A stretch of 64,000 bases of DNA from an uncultured Candidatus Saccharibacteria bacterium (GTDB lineage: Bacteria > Patescibacteriota > Saccharimonadia > Saccharimonadales > Saccharimonadaceae): assembly GCA_963515045.1 (NCBI GenBank), contig CAUPWH010000001.1:127118-191117 (forward strand), in the 5' to 3' direction. Both the position numbers and the translations under genes were made by a program. Under the pieces are notes generated by a model. The model worked only from the letters and a program-made list of their open reading frames with translations. It was not told where the DNA came from and ran no database searches. How positions within the stretch are numbered: position 1 is the first letter of the stretch; the number at the start of each line of letters is the position of its first letter. Below are positions 9,487 through 18,493 of this stretch, piece by piece.

Positions 9487-9600
9487 CCCACCGAAAATCG
9501 CTTGCCGAATTGGCTCAACCTGGTTGAGACGCAATCGCGTTTCCTGGGTTGAGATACACCCAATTCCGGTTTGAGCCAGTTCGGTGGGCTATTTTCTTTG
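9487..9600. terminator. long imperfect hairpin closed by a 9-bp stem, followed by a T-rich run; possible bidirectional terminator
   Basis: CCCACCGAA (9487-9495) is the exact complement of TTCGGTGGG (9579-9587). It is followed by CTATTTTCTTTG. The interior holds competing GGCTCAA/TTGAGCC and CTCAACC/GGTTGAG pairings. Confidence 0.4.
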
Positions 9601-9621
9601 TAAGTCAGTACTCTCTATTTA

Positions 9622-12600
9622 TCACTGCACTTTAACACACTCTTTACCCAGCAGCTGCTCTAGTTTTTTAATAAGCGCATCATCTGCTTCAACTTTGAAC
9701 GGCAGGCGCATGGCTGACTTTTTTTCTTCGCCCAGCACTAGAACTACATCCGTCATACCGGCATAATCGCCGCACACTGACTTCATTTTTATCAGCGCAT
9801 CGTGATTATTTGGATCTTTAACATGTACAAATAATTTTACTACTGGCATTTCCGCAGCAGCAACTGACACTGCAGGTTGTTTAGTAGCCGACTGAACTGC
9901 CGCGCTCGCCTGCTTCGATCCGTCCGATCCGCCAGCAGAACTGCGGCGCTGATTTTTATAAGCTGCCCGCCGCTCTTTCTTTACTGCGGCGCTGATTTTT
10001 GGCGCATCCATTTTACGGCCGGTCGACTCGTAATTATCAACGTCGTCATCAGTAATCATAATAATATCGTCGGCAATCAGCTTGCTCTCGCCGCCTAAAT
10101 TACCGTCGCGATCCCGCGCCGAATTCTTGCCGGATACCCGAATCACTGCATCTTGCTGCATCTTAGCGCCAACTTTTTCATACAGATTTGGAAAAACTAT
10201 TACTTCGCCTTCGCCAAACTTATCCTCAATTCCCACGAAAGCCATCTTTGAACCGCTTTTGGTGACAATTGTCCGCACCGAATTGATAATTCCGCCGACG
10301 GTCATCGTCCGGCTATCGTATTCCGGAATTAACTGCGTTAACGGCTGGGCTTGCTCGCTTAGATACGTCTCATACTTATCAAGCGGATGGGCGCTAATAT
10401 ACAAGCCCAACAGTTCCCGCTCCCACGCCAGGCGCTCTTTGTCCGTATGCTGAACTGGCGCTTTTTGCAAGTTTAACATTGACTGCACGCCCGATCCTTC
10501 GCCGCCAAGCATACCAAACAAATCCGTCTGACCGCTGGCAGCTTCTTTTTGAAGCTTGGAAGCAAAGGCGGTAATCGCGTCAAGATTGAATAGCAAGTCC
10601 GACCGATCGCCCATATCATCAAAGGCGCCGGATTTAATCAGCGATTCCCAAGCCTTACGGTTAAATTTACTGGTCGAGACACGCTTGGCAAAATCTTCCA
10701 CCGAAGAAAACGCGCCTTCTTCGCGCGCACGCAACACTTCCTCCACTGCGCCAACGCCGACACCCTTCACCGCCGACATACCGAAGCGAATTTTATGCTC
10801 GTTCGGCACCACTGCAAACTCGATGAACGACTCATTAACGTCTGGGCTTAATACGTCAATGCCCATATGTTTACACTCAGTCATTTCAATTGCCAAACGA
10901 TCCGTGTCGTCATGATCGCTAGTCATCAAAGCTGCCATGAAAGCATCCGGATAATGCGCTTTCAGATAGGCTGTCCAATAAGCAATCAAGCCGTAGCAAG
11001 CGGCGTGCGACTTGTTAAAGCAGTAATTAGCGAATTCCTCCAGCTGCGTCCAGAAGGTTTCCGCCATTTCGCGCGTAGCGCCGCCGACTTTGACCGCGCC
11101 CTCGACAAACTCCGGCTTAACCTTTTTCATTAGGTCGATTTTTTTCTTACCGACGGCTTTACGCAGCGTATCAGCTTGACCGCCAGTAAAACCGCACCAT
11201 TCCTTGGAAATTTGCATAAATTGCTCTTGGTAGACCAAAATTCCGTAGGTATTTTCCAGCGAGTTGCGCATACCCTCGTGCAAGTAGGTAATCGGCTCTT
11301 CGCCGTGCTTGCGGCGGATAAAGCTATCGATAAACTGCATCGGCCCCGGGCGGTACAAAGCCACCATAGCAATGATATCCTCGAAATGCGTCGGTTTGAG
11401 CGCCCGAAGATAGCGTTTCATGCCCGCCGATTCTAACTGGAACACGCCGGTGGTGTCGCCGCGTTGGAATAGCTCGTACGTTGGCTTGTCATCGAGCGGT
11501 AAATGCGCCAAATCGATTTCTTCTTTATAAACTTTTTTGATAATACGCATGGTATTATTGATAATCGTCAAGTTGCTGAGTCCCAAAAAGTCCATCTTCA
11601 GCAAGCCCAGCTCCTCGACTTCGCCCATCGGGAATTGCGTCGCTACCACGCCTTTTTGCGCCATTTCTAGCGGAATATAATTGACCAGCGTGTCCGGCGC
11701 AATCACCACGCCGCAGGCATGAACGCCGTGGCTGCGAATCGTACCTTCGAGCTGGATGGCGTAATCTAGAACCTCTTTAGCAGTAGGGTTATTCTCGTAC
11801 TCCTTACGCAAATCAGCGTCCTCTTTAACGCTAACCGACAGCGGAATGTGCCGACCCTGGTTCGGCGGCGGCACCAACTTAGCCAAGCGGTCGCTCTCAG
11901 CATACGGCACTTCCAGCACCCTGGCGACATCGCGCACCGCCATGCGGCCAAACATCTTACCAAAGGTAGCGATATTACTAACATGGTCTTCGCCGTATTT
12001 TTTAGCGCAATATTCAATCACTTCGTCGCGGCGAGTATCTTGGATATCAACGTCAATATCTGGCATGGAAATACGATCTGGATTAAGGAAACGCTCAAAC
12101 AGCAGACCGTACTTCAGCGGGTCAAGGTCAGTAATGTTCAGTGCGTAGGCAATAATTGATCCGGCGGCGCTACCACGGCCCGGGCCAAAAACAATCCCTT
12201 GAGATTTACCCCAGTTGATAAAGTCCTGAACAATCAAGAAATAACCCTCATAACCCATATTGCCCATCACGCCCAGCTCCATCTCGGCGCGCTGGCGAAC
12301 TTCGTCAGATAATTGCGGGATGATATCGTCAGGGTCTAATTTCTCGGCTTCCTCTTTCGAGGCGCCATTATAACGCTGCAATAGGCCTTGATAAGTCAAT
12401 CTCAGCAGATACGAATGCTCGTTTTCGCCCTCAGGAAGCGGATATTTAGGAATAAGAATGCGGCCCAACTCAATTTCAACATTACAGCGGTCAGCCACCT
12501 TTTTAGTGTTACGAATTACCTCGGGATATTCCTCTCCCCAGTGAGCGATGATATCGCGCGGGTCGGTCAAGTGCAGTTCAAAGTCTTTCAGGCTCATCCG

Positions 12601-13365
12601 CTTTTCATCGCTCAAGTACGAACCGGTGCCGACACATAGCAAAATTTCGTGCGCGTCTTGGTGATCATGCGTCAAATAGTGGCCATCGCAAGTCACCACC
12701 ATCTCGATGTCCAGCTCCTTTGATAGCTTAATCAAGCCCTCGTTGATTTTTGCCTGGACGTCCCAGTGCGTGTTTGATTTTGGATGGCCGTGGTCTTGCA
12801 ATTCCAGATAGTAGCGGTCGCCCAAAATCGACTTGTACCACTTGGCGATATCGCGGGCGCGGTCATAGTCATCTTCTTTGAGTGCCACGCCAATTTCACC
12901 GCTAGCACAGCCGCTCATCACAATCAGCCCTTCGTTCAGCTCCTCCAGCAAGTCGTGGTCAATCCGCGGCTTGTAATACATTCCCTCCAGGTTAGCCTGC
13001 GTCGATAGCTTCATCAGATTATGAAAGCCTGTATTGTTCATCGCCAGCACCGTCAAATGGAAGCGCTGCTTATCCTTGGCCGGATCGCGGTCAAAGCGCG
13101 AACGCGCCGCCACGTACGTCTCGATACCGAGAATCGGCTTGATGCCAGCCTTTTTGGCAGTTTTATAATAATCAAGGATACCACTCATCGTACCATGGTC
13201 GGTTACTGCCGCCGCCTCCATACCGAACTCCTTGACCTTATCAACCAAATCATTGATTTTAGTCAAGCCGTCTAGCACCGAATGAAAGGTATGATTATGC
13301 AGGTGCACGAAATCTGACGGCTTCAAAGCCGCCGGCGAAGATTGTCCGCTATTTCCCCCAGTCAT
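9622..13365 (-). CDS. dnaE: DNA polymerase III alpha subunit
   Basis: N-terminal PHP domain (HLHNHTFHSVLDG), polymerase core (GRGSAAGS, PDIDVD), OB-fold region, plus a C-terminal extension. Confidence 0.95.
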   Translation of the reverse strand: MTGGNSGQSSPAALKPSDFVHLHNHTFHSVLDGLTKINDLVDKVKEFGMEAAAVTDHGTMSGILDYYKTAKKAGIKPILGIETYVAARSRFDRDPAKDKQRFHLTVLAMNNTGFHNLMKLSTQANLEGMYYKPRIDHDLLEELNEGLIVMSGCASGEIGVALKEDDYDRARDIAKWYKSILGDRYYLELQDHGHPKSNTHWDVQAKINEGLIKLSKELDIEMVVTCDGHYLTHDHQDAHEILLCVGTGSYLSDEKRMSLKDFELHLTDPRDIIAHWGEEYPEVIRNTKKVADRCNVEIELGRILIPKYPLPEGENEHSYLLRLTYQGLLQRYNGASKEEAEKLDPDDIIPQLSDEVRQRAEMELGVMGNMGYEGYFLIVQDFINWGKSQGIVFGPGRGSAAGSIIAYALNITDLDPLKYGLLFERFLNPDRISMPDIDVDIQDTRRDEVIEYCAKKYGEDHVSNIATFGKMFGRMAVRDVARVLEVPYAESDRLAKLVPPPNQGRHIPLSVSVKEDADLRKEYENNPTAKEVLDYAIQLEGTIRSHGVHACGVVIAPDTLVNYIPLEMAQKGVVATQFPMGEVEELGLLKMDFLGLSNLTIINNTMRIIKKVYKEEIDLAHLPLDDKPTYELFQRGDTTGVFQLESAGMKRYLRALKPTHFEDIIAMVALYRPGPMQFIDSFIRRKHGEEPITYLHEGMRNSLENTYGILVYQEQFMQISKEWCGFTGGQADTLRKAVGKKKIDLMKKVKPEFVEGAVKVGGATREMAETFWTQLEEFANYCFNKSHAACYGLIAYWTAYLKAHYPDAFMAALMTSDHDDTDRLAIEMTECKHMGIDVLSPDVNESFIEFAVVPNEHKIRFGMSAVKGVGVGAVEEVLRAREEGAFSSVEDFAKRVSTSKFNRKAWESLIKSGAFDDMGDRSDLLFNLDAITAFASKLQKEAASGQTDLFGMLGGEGSGVQSMLNLQKAPVQHTDKERLAWERELLGLYISAHPLDKYETYLSEQAQPLTQLIPEYDSRTMTVGGIINSVRTIVTKSGSKMAFVGIEDKFGEGEVIVFPNLYEKVGAKMQQDAVIRVSGKNSARDRDGNLGGESKLIADDIIMITDDDVDNYESTGRKMDAPKISAAVKKERRAAYKNQRRSSAGGSDGSKQASAAVQSATKQPAVSVAAAEMPVVKLFVHVKDPNNHDALIKMKSVCGDYAGMTDVVLVLGEEKKSAMRLPFKVEADDALIKKLEQLLGKECVKVQ

Positions 13366-13384
13366 TGCTAATAATTATAGCATG

Positions 13385-13684
13385 TTATTGACGGTGCTGC
13401 ATCGTCTCTATTAGGTGGTTGATAAAATCAGCCAGCGGCGGAAAAATGTCGGCGAACTGGCCTAATAGCCAAGCCAGCAAGGTAATCAACAGCGTCGCTC
13501 CCAGCGCGCTGCCAATACCAAAGAAGATACCGCGAATAAAATTCATCCAATAGACTTGACGACGCGAACGATGAAAATCAAAAAACAAATCTTCTAAAAT
13601 TGCCTGCCGCGCGCCGTTTTCATTATCGCGAACAATTTTCCGCGCCAACTTATTTTGTTGTTTTTTGGTTGGTTTTTCTGCCAT
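13385..13684 (-). CDS. small membrane protein (DUF5665-like)
   Basis: Basic N-terminus, then NFIRGIFFGIGSALGATLLITLLAWLL. I recognise this as DUF5665-type from memory only. Confidence 0.5.
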   Translation of the reverse strand: MAEKPTKKQQNKLARKIVRDNENGARQAILEDLFFDFHRSRRQVYWMNFIRGIFFGIGSALGATLLITLLAWLLGQFADIFPPLADFINHLIETMQHRQ

Positions 13685-13937
13685 TTCCCGCCCTCTTTTT
13701 AGTAAAATACTTGGCTAAAAATCCACGCTTTGAAGTCAAGTTTTTCGCCAGCTCTGCGCCAATTGAAACAGCACTGACAATTCCGCTAAATCCAGAAATT
13801 CGCTGAGTTATCGCCTCTACTTTTTGCTGGGTTTGGCGAATCTGCCGCGTCAGCTTAATAATGGAAATTGTCATGACGATCAGCATGACGACAAATACCG
13901 CCATCAACGCTACTAATACTATTAACAAACCATTCAT
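13650..13937 (-). CDS. small N-terminally anchored membrane protein
   Basis: One strong N-terminal TM segment and a basic tail. Overlaps the next gene by 35 nt. Confidence 0.45.
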   Translation of the reverse strand: MNGLLIVLVALMAVFVVMLIVMTISIIKLTRQIRQTQQKVEAITQRISGFSGIVSAVSIGAELAKNLTSKRGFLAKYFTKKRAGNGRKTNQKTTK

Positions 13938-13952
13938 GTTTTTTACTATACA

Positions 13953-14846
13953 CTATTTCAAGCGATTTGTCAGATGAGCGCGCAAGTCCCCGCCAAAATT
14001 CGGATCGCGCAGACCAAAGTCAATCACCGTCTTCAAATATTCCAATTTATCGCCGGTATCATAATATGTGCCGTTGGTGATTTCTACGCCGTAAAAATCA
14101 AATCCGTCGTCGATCATTTCTTGCATAATTGGTTGAATAGTGAACTCGCCGCGACCATCAAATTTTTCCTTAGCTTTCTCTAAATAACCAAAAATCTCGC
14201 CTGGCAGCAAATAGCTGCTGACACTCGCCAGATCAGATGGTGCGTTGGTCTTTCCTGGCTTTTCGACAATATTGGTCATTTTAATGACACCGTCTTTAAT
14301 TTGCTGACCATTGATAACACCATAACGATCAAATTCCGAATCGTCGGTAATTTTCTTACACGACAAGATTGCCCCGTCGAGCTGCTGCGACGCCTCAATC
14401 ATTTGTCGAAAACGGCTCGGGCTGGCAGCGATAAAATCATCAGCAAAGGTATAAATCACCGGCTCATCGTGGCGAATTAAATGCGAAGCGCAAGCCAGCG
14501 GCGTAGCATTGCCGTACGGACCTTTCTGACGAATATAGACGAAGTTAGCCATCTCGGACAGGCGCTGAACGATATCGATGAGCGGCTGCTTTTTGGCGCC
14601 GCCAGCACGCAGATTGGCAAGCAGCTCTTCGTTTGGCGTATCAAAATGGTCTTCGATCGCTCGCTTATTGGCGCTACCGATGATAATGATATCTTTGATG
14701 CCAGCCTCCACCAATTCCTCGACGACATACTGAATAATCGGCTTGTCGATTAGCGGCAGCATTTCCTTAGGCATGGCTTTGGTCTGCGGCAAAAACCGGG
14801 TGCCAAAACCAGCGGCAGCAATGATAGCTTTGGTTGGTTTTTTCAT
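13953..14846 (-). CDS. galU: UTP-glucose-1-phosphate uridylyltransferase
   Basis: AAGFGTRFLPQTKAMPKEMLP and VEKP motifs. AGGAG Shine-Dalgarno lies 7 nt upstream. Confidence 0.9.
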   Translation of the reverse strand: MKKPTKAIIAAAGFGTRFLPQTKAMPKEMLPLIDKPIIQYVVEELVEAGIKDIIIIGSANKRAIEDHFDTPNEELLANLRAGGAKKQPLIDIVQRLSEMANFVYIRQKGPYGNATPLACASHLIRHDEPVIYTFADDFIAASPSRFRQMIEASQQLDGAILSCKKITDDSEFDRYGVINGQQIKDGVIKMTNIVEKPGKTNAPSDLASVSSYLLPGEIFGYLEKAKEKFDGRGEFTIQPIMQEMIDDGFDFYGVEITNGTYYDTGDKLEYLKTVIDFGLRDPNFGGDLRAHLTNRLK

Positions 14847-14887
14847 AATTTAACTCCTATTCTCTCCTATTTCTGAAGTGTCGAAAC

Positions 14888-16390
14888 TTATAATTTTTCG
14901 CGGATTAATTTCTGCGCCAGGCTCGGGTTGGCTTGGCCTTTGGAACGCTTCATTACTTGACCAACCAAGTAGCCAATGGCTTTGTCTTTACCAGCTTTAA
15001 TGTCGGCAACGGAAGCCGCCGAGGCCGGGTCGTTCAATACTTCGTCAACGATGGCGGCGATGGCTGATTCGTCGGATAACTGCAACAAGTTCTTTTCCTT
15101 GGCGATATCCTCCGGCATAACGCCAGCGTACTTTTCATTGAATAAATCGAGAAAGATTTCCTTGGCACTATTCGAACTAATCGTCCCTTTCTCAGCCAGC
15201 AGAGCCAAGTGCGTCAAGCGGCGCGGACCGACTAGTCCAGACTCGACTTTTTGATAGTCTAATTGTTCGTCTGGCGTGGAGGCAAATAAGTTAAAAATCC
15301 GTTTAGCTAGCCGATTGTAAGTCTGGCGATCAATATTCAAATCCTCCAGTACTGATTGCTTGTTGCTATCAGTCAGAGAGTAAATGGCGTCCAGAGTTTT
15401 TGCAGCTTCCTGATGAGCTAGCACCGTATCAATTACCGAATGATCCAGCTCCAAATCTACCCAGCGTTCTCGGTATTCGTTCGGTAACGCCGGCACTTCA
15501 GCTTGGATTCGAGCAATTTCCTCGTCGCTCAGCACCACTGGCGGGATGTCGGCATCAGGCATGTAGCGATAATCCTGGGCATCCTCTTTCGAACGCTGCG
15601 AGGTAGTAATTTGCTTGTCATCGCTCCAGCCGCGGGTTTCTTGCACTACTGGTTCGCCACGCTCCAATAGGTCAACTTGGCGTTTGAATTCGTATTCAGC
15701 GGCACGCTCGACGCTGCGGAATGAATTAAGATTCTTCACTTCCGCGCGCTTGCCAAGCTCAGTCGCACCCTTTTTAGCCACCGAAATATTGACGTCAAAG
15801 CGCATATTGCCGTGGTACAAATCACCGTGCGTAACGCCAGCGTAGACCATCAATTTGTGCAGCTCCGAAGCGTATGCCTTGGCCTCCTCGGCAGAATGCA
15901 TGTCTGGCTCGGAAACGATTTCGATCAGCGGCGTACCAGCGCGGTTGAGGTCAACCAGCGAATAACCGTCGTGATGCGTCAACTTGCCAGCATCCTCTTC
16001 CATGTGCGCGTGATGAATCCGCACTCGTTTGAGCGAACCGTCTTCTAGCGGCGCGTCAACATAGCCAGCCAAAATAATCGGCTGGTACATCTGCGAGGTC
16101 TGATAGCCCTTTGGTAGGTCAGGATAGAAATAGTGCTTGCGATCAAACCGGCTGACGTGGGCAATCGGCGCATTCAACGCTTTACCGGCGCGCACCGCCA
16201 GTTCGACAGCGTACTTGTTGAGTACTGGCAGCATGCCCGGCAGGCCAAAGTCAATCTCATGCGTTTTTTCGTTCGGCTCAGCATTACGCGCGTCATTATC
16301 AGCTGGGCTAAACAGCTTGGTCTTGGTCGCCAGCTGGACGTGGCACTCAATACCAATGGTCATTTCATATTCATCATATACACTCATCAT
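14888..16390 (-). CDS. gatB: Asp/Glu-tRNA amidotransferase subunit B
   Basis: IGIECHVQL, canonical GatB core and a YqeY-like C-terminal tail. Confidence 0.95.
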   Translation of the reverse strand: MMSVYDEYEMTIGIECHVQLATKTKLFSPADNDARNAEPNEKTHEIDFGLPGMLPVLNKYAVELAVRAGKALNAPIAHVSRFDRKHYFYPDLPKGYQTSQMYQPIILAGYVDAPLEDGSLKRVRIHHAHMEEDAGKLTHHDGYSLVDLNRAGTPLIEIVSEPDMHSAEEAKAYASELHKLMVYAGVTHGDLYHGNMRFDVNISVAKKGATELGKRAEVKNLNSFRSVERAAEYEFKRQVDLLERGEPVVQETRGWSDDKQITTSQRSKEDAQDYRYMPDADIPPVVLSDEEIARIQAEVPALPNEYRERWVDLELDHSVIDTVLAHQEAAKTLDAIYSLTDSNKQSVLEDLNIDRQTYNRLAKRIFNLFASTPDEQLDYQKVESGLVGPRRLTHLALLAEKGTISSNSAKEIFLDLFNEKYAGVMPEDIAKEKNLLQLSDESAIAAIVDEVLNDPASAASVADIKAGKDKAIGYLVGQVMKRSKGQANPSLAQKLIREKL

Positions 16391-16806
16391 AACGCTCCCA
16401 AATCTTTTAGTGCTTGTTCAAAGCTTGTCATAGCTCGCCGAAAACTTTGCGCGGTTAGTTTCACTTTAGTCTCGTGGGCAATTTGATTGCGCAATTTATG
16501 CGCTGCCCACAAACCATTTTCATCCGTCCAGTCACCCTTGCGAGCTTTCAGCCTGTCGCCCATTGTTGCACCCGCCACACCGCAGTCGCGCATGGCTTTG
16601 TCGAGCAGCTTGTCGGCTTTGACAATTGCCATCTGCAAGCTGTCCGAGTTACCCGCCTTAGCGCCGCGCTGAATTGCCCGCCAAACTTTTTGATACATTT
16701 CTCTGTCAAGCTGCTTGTGTCCGCGCGATGTCAATTGGATAAAAACAATCAACAAGCCGCCAATCAACAACGCCGCTACCACCAGCGCAATCAACAATCC
16801 ATCCAT
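16387..16806 (-). CDS. small TM-anchored protein with an HEPN-like AHKLRNQIAHE motif, embedded in the gatCAB operon
   Basis: N-terminal TM (LLIALVVAALLIGGLLIVFI). Rx4H motif about 35 aa from the C-terminus. 1-nt overlap with the gatA stop and 4-nt ATGA overlap with the gatB start. Confidence 0.65.
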   Translation of the reverse strand: MDGLLIALVVAALLIGGLLIVFIQLTSRGHKQLDREMYQKVWRAIQRGAKAGNSDSLQMAIVKADKLLDKAMRDCGVAGATMGDRLKARKGDWTDENGLWAAHKLRNQIAHETKVKLTAQSFRRAMTSFEQALKDLGAL

Positions 16807-18176
16807 CAGACAGCCTCCACTTCCGCCGCCAACTTCAGCAAGTTGCCGTCTGACTGATAATCACCAATCAGCTGTACGCCAATCGGCAAGCCTTCGTCGT
16901 TATTTCCAGCTGGCACGGAAACTGCTGGCAGTCCGGCCAGGCTGGCTGGTACGGTCATGATATCCGCCAAGTACATCTTGATCGGATCATTGGTATTTTC
17001 ACCAAGTTTGAACGCTGGTGTCGGCGCCGTCGGCATTAACAGCGCGTCATACTCAGTGAACAATTTTTTGAACTCGTTGATGAGCAATGTGCGCGCTTTT
17101 TGCGCCTGCATATAATAGGCGTCAAAAAAGCCGCTCGACAACACGAAACTACCGATCATAATCCGCCGCTTATTCTCCGTCATAAAACCCTCGTTACGAC
17201 TGCGGCCGTACAATTCCGCCAATGTTTTCATCTCAGCTGCCCGGTGACCATAGCGAACGCCATCATAGCGCGCCAGATTTGACGATAATTCTGCCGGCAC
17301 AATGATATAGTACATCGCCAGCGAATATTGCATCATATCTAGATCTACTTCTTCAATTCCATAACCCAGCTGCTTCAGTTTTTCAGCATAATCAAGAGTT
17401 TTTTGGCGAACTGCCGCGTCCACATCGTCAGTCATACATTGCTTGACTAAACCAATCTTTTTCTTTCTAAAGCCTGGCTGGTTCCGCCAAAAGTCAGGCA
17501 GCGTCGTCATATCCTTGTCGTCGCGGCCCGCCATAATTTCCATCACCAAATTGGCGTCATCAGCGTTCGTGGCAAAACAACCAATCGTATCCGTACTCGA
17601 CGCCATGGCCACCACACCGTAACGGCTGACTGCGCCGTAGGTTGGCTTGACACCGACCACGCCGTTAAAGCTGGCAGGCTGACGAATTGAACCGCCAGTA
17701 TCTGTCCCCAGCGCAAACGGCACCACGTCAAGCGCCGTCACCACCGCCGAGCCGCCCGACGAGCCGCCGGCTACTCGAGTTTTATCTACGGCGTTTTTGG
17801 TCGGACCAAAGGCTGAATTTTCCGTTGAACCGCCATGAGCAAAGGCGTCCAAGTTCGCCTTGCCAATGCAAATTGCACCTTCGGCCTCTAATTTTTCAAC
17901 CGCTGTTGCCTGGAGCGGCGCCTCAAAATTCTCGAGCATTTTTGAGGCAGCAGTTGTCGGCGCCCCAAAGGCTAAGAAATTATCTTTCACCACAAATGGC
18001 ACGCCGGCCAGCCGCCCAGAAATTTCACCAGCGTCAACTTTAGCTGCTCGCTCCAGCGCCCGTTCTTCCGTTAAACTGAGCAGCGCATGATAATCTTCAA
18101 CTTCGCGCGCTCGCCGCAGTGCTTCTTTAACATTTTCGACTGCGCTCTTTCCGGTAAAATCACTAATCCGACTCAT
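16806..18176 (-). CDS. gatA: Glu-tRNA(Gln) amidotransferase subunit A
   Basis: Amidase signature GGSSGGSA...GTDTGGSIRQPA. Confidence 0.95.
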   Translation of the reverse strand: MSRISDFTGKSAVENVKEALRRAREVEDYHALLSLTEERALERAAKVDAGEISGRLAGVPFVVKDNFLAFGAPTTAASKMLENFEAPLQATAVEKLEAEGAICIGKANLDAFAHGGSTENSAFGPTKNAVDKTRVAGGSSGGSAVVTALDVVPFALGTDTGGSIRQPASFNGVVGVKPTYGAVSRYGVVAMASSTDTIGCFATNADDANLVMEIMAGRDDKDMTTLPDFWRNQPGFRKKKIGLVKQCMTDDVDAAVRQKTLDYAEKLKQLGYGIEEVDLDMMQYSLAMYYIIVPAELSSNLARYDGVRYGHRAAEMKTLAELYGRSRNEGFMTENKRRIMIGSFVLSSGFFDAYYMQAQKARTLLINEFKKLFTEYDALLMPTAPTPAFKLGENTNDPIKMYLADIMTVPASLAGLPAVSVPAGNNDEGLPIGVQLIGDYQSDGNLLKLAAEVEAV

Positions 18177-18463
18177 TACAATACCTGCGGCACTTTCACT
18201 TGATTATTCTGTTTCTCAGGCGCTAGCTTAAGCAGCTTTTCTGCCGAAATCCCCGGCTGAACCTCATCTTCGCGCCAGACATTCTCTAGTCCCGTCACTT
18301 GATAAGTTGGCTCCACACCCGCCGTATCAAGCTCACCGAGCTGCTTAATGTAGCCAATTATATTTTCCAAATCTTGGCGCAGTTCATCAACTTCATCATC
18401 GGCTAATGCCAGACTACTCAAACTCGCCAAGTGCTGAATATCACTGGTAGAAATATTTGTCAT
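18176..18463 (-). CDS. gatC: Asp/Glu-tRNA amidotransferase subunit C
   Basis: 95 aa with the LA.L.L.E.E...DL..I pattern. Sits directly upstream of gatA. Confidence 0.9.
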   Translation of the reverse strand: MTNISTSDIQHLASLSSLALADDEVDELRQDLENIIGYIKQLGELDTAGVEPTYQVTGLENVWREDEVQPGISAEKLLKLAPEKQNNQVKVPQVL

Positions 18464-18493
18464 ACAGATTATTATATCACTTTGGAAGCCAAC

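Noticed and set aside
9213-9600. Possibility that the ~380-nt unit is RNase P RNA, tmRNA or SRP RNA
   Set aside because: I looked for the RNase P P4 strings (GAGGAAAGUCC / ACAGAA..GGCUUA), a tmRNA tRNA-like 3' end (GGUUCGA...CCA) with a tag ORF, and the SRP GGAA-tetraloop helix 8 (GUCCGGAAGGAAGCAGCC). None is present beyond weak resemblance (GUCUGGAAGGAGGAUGAG).
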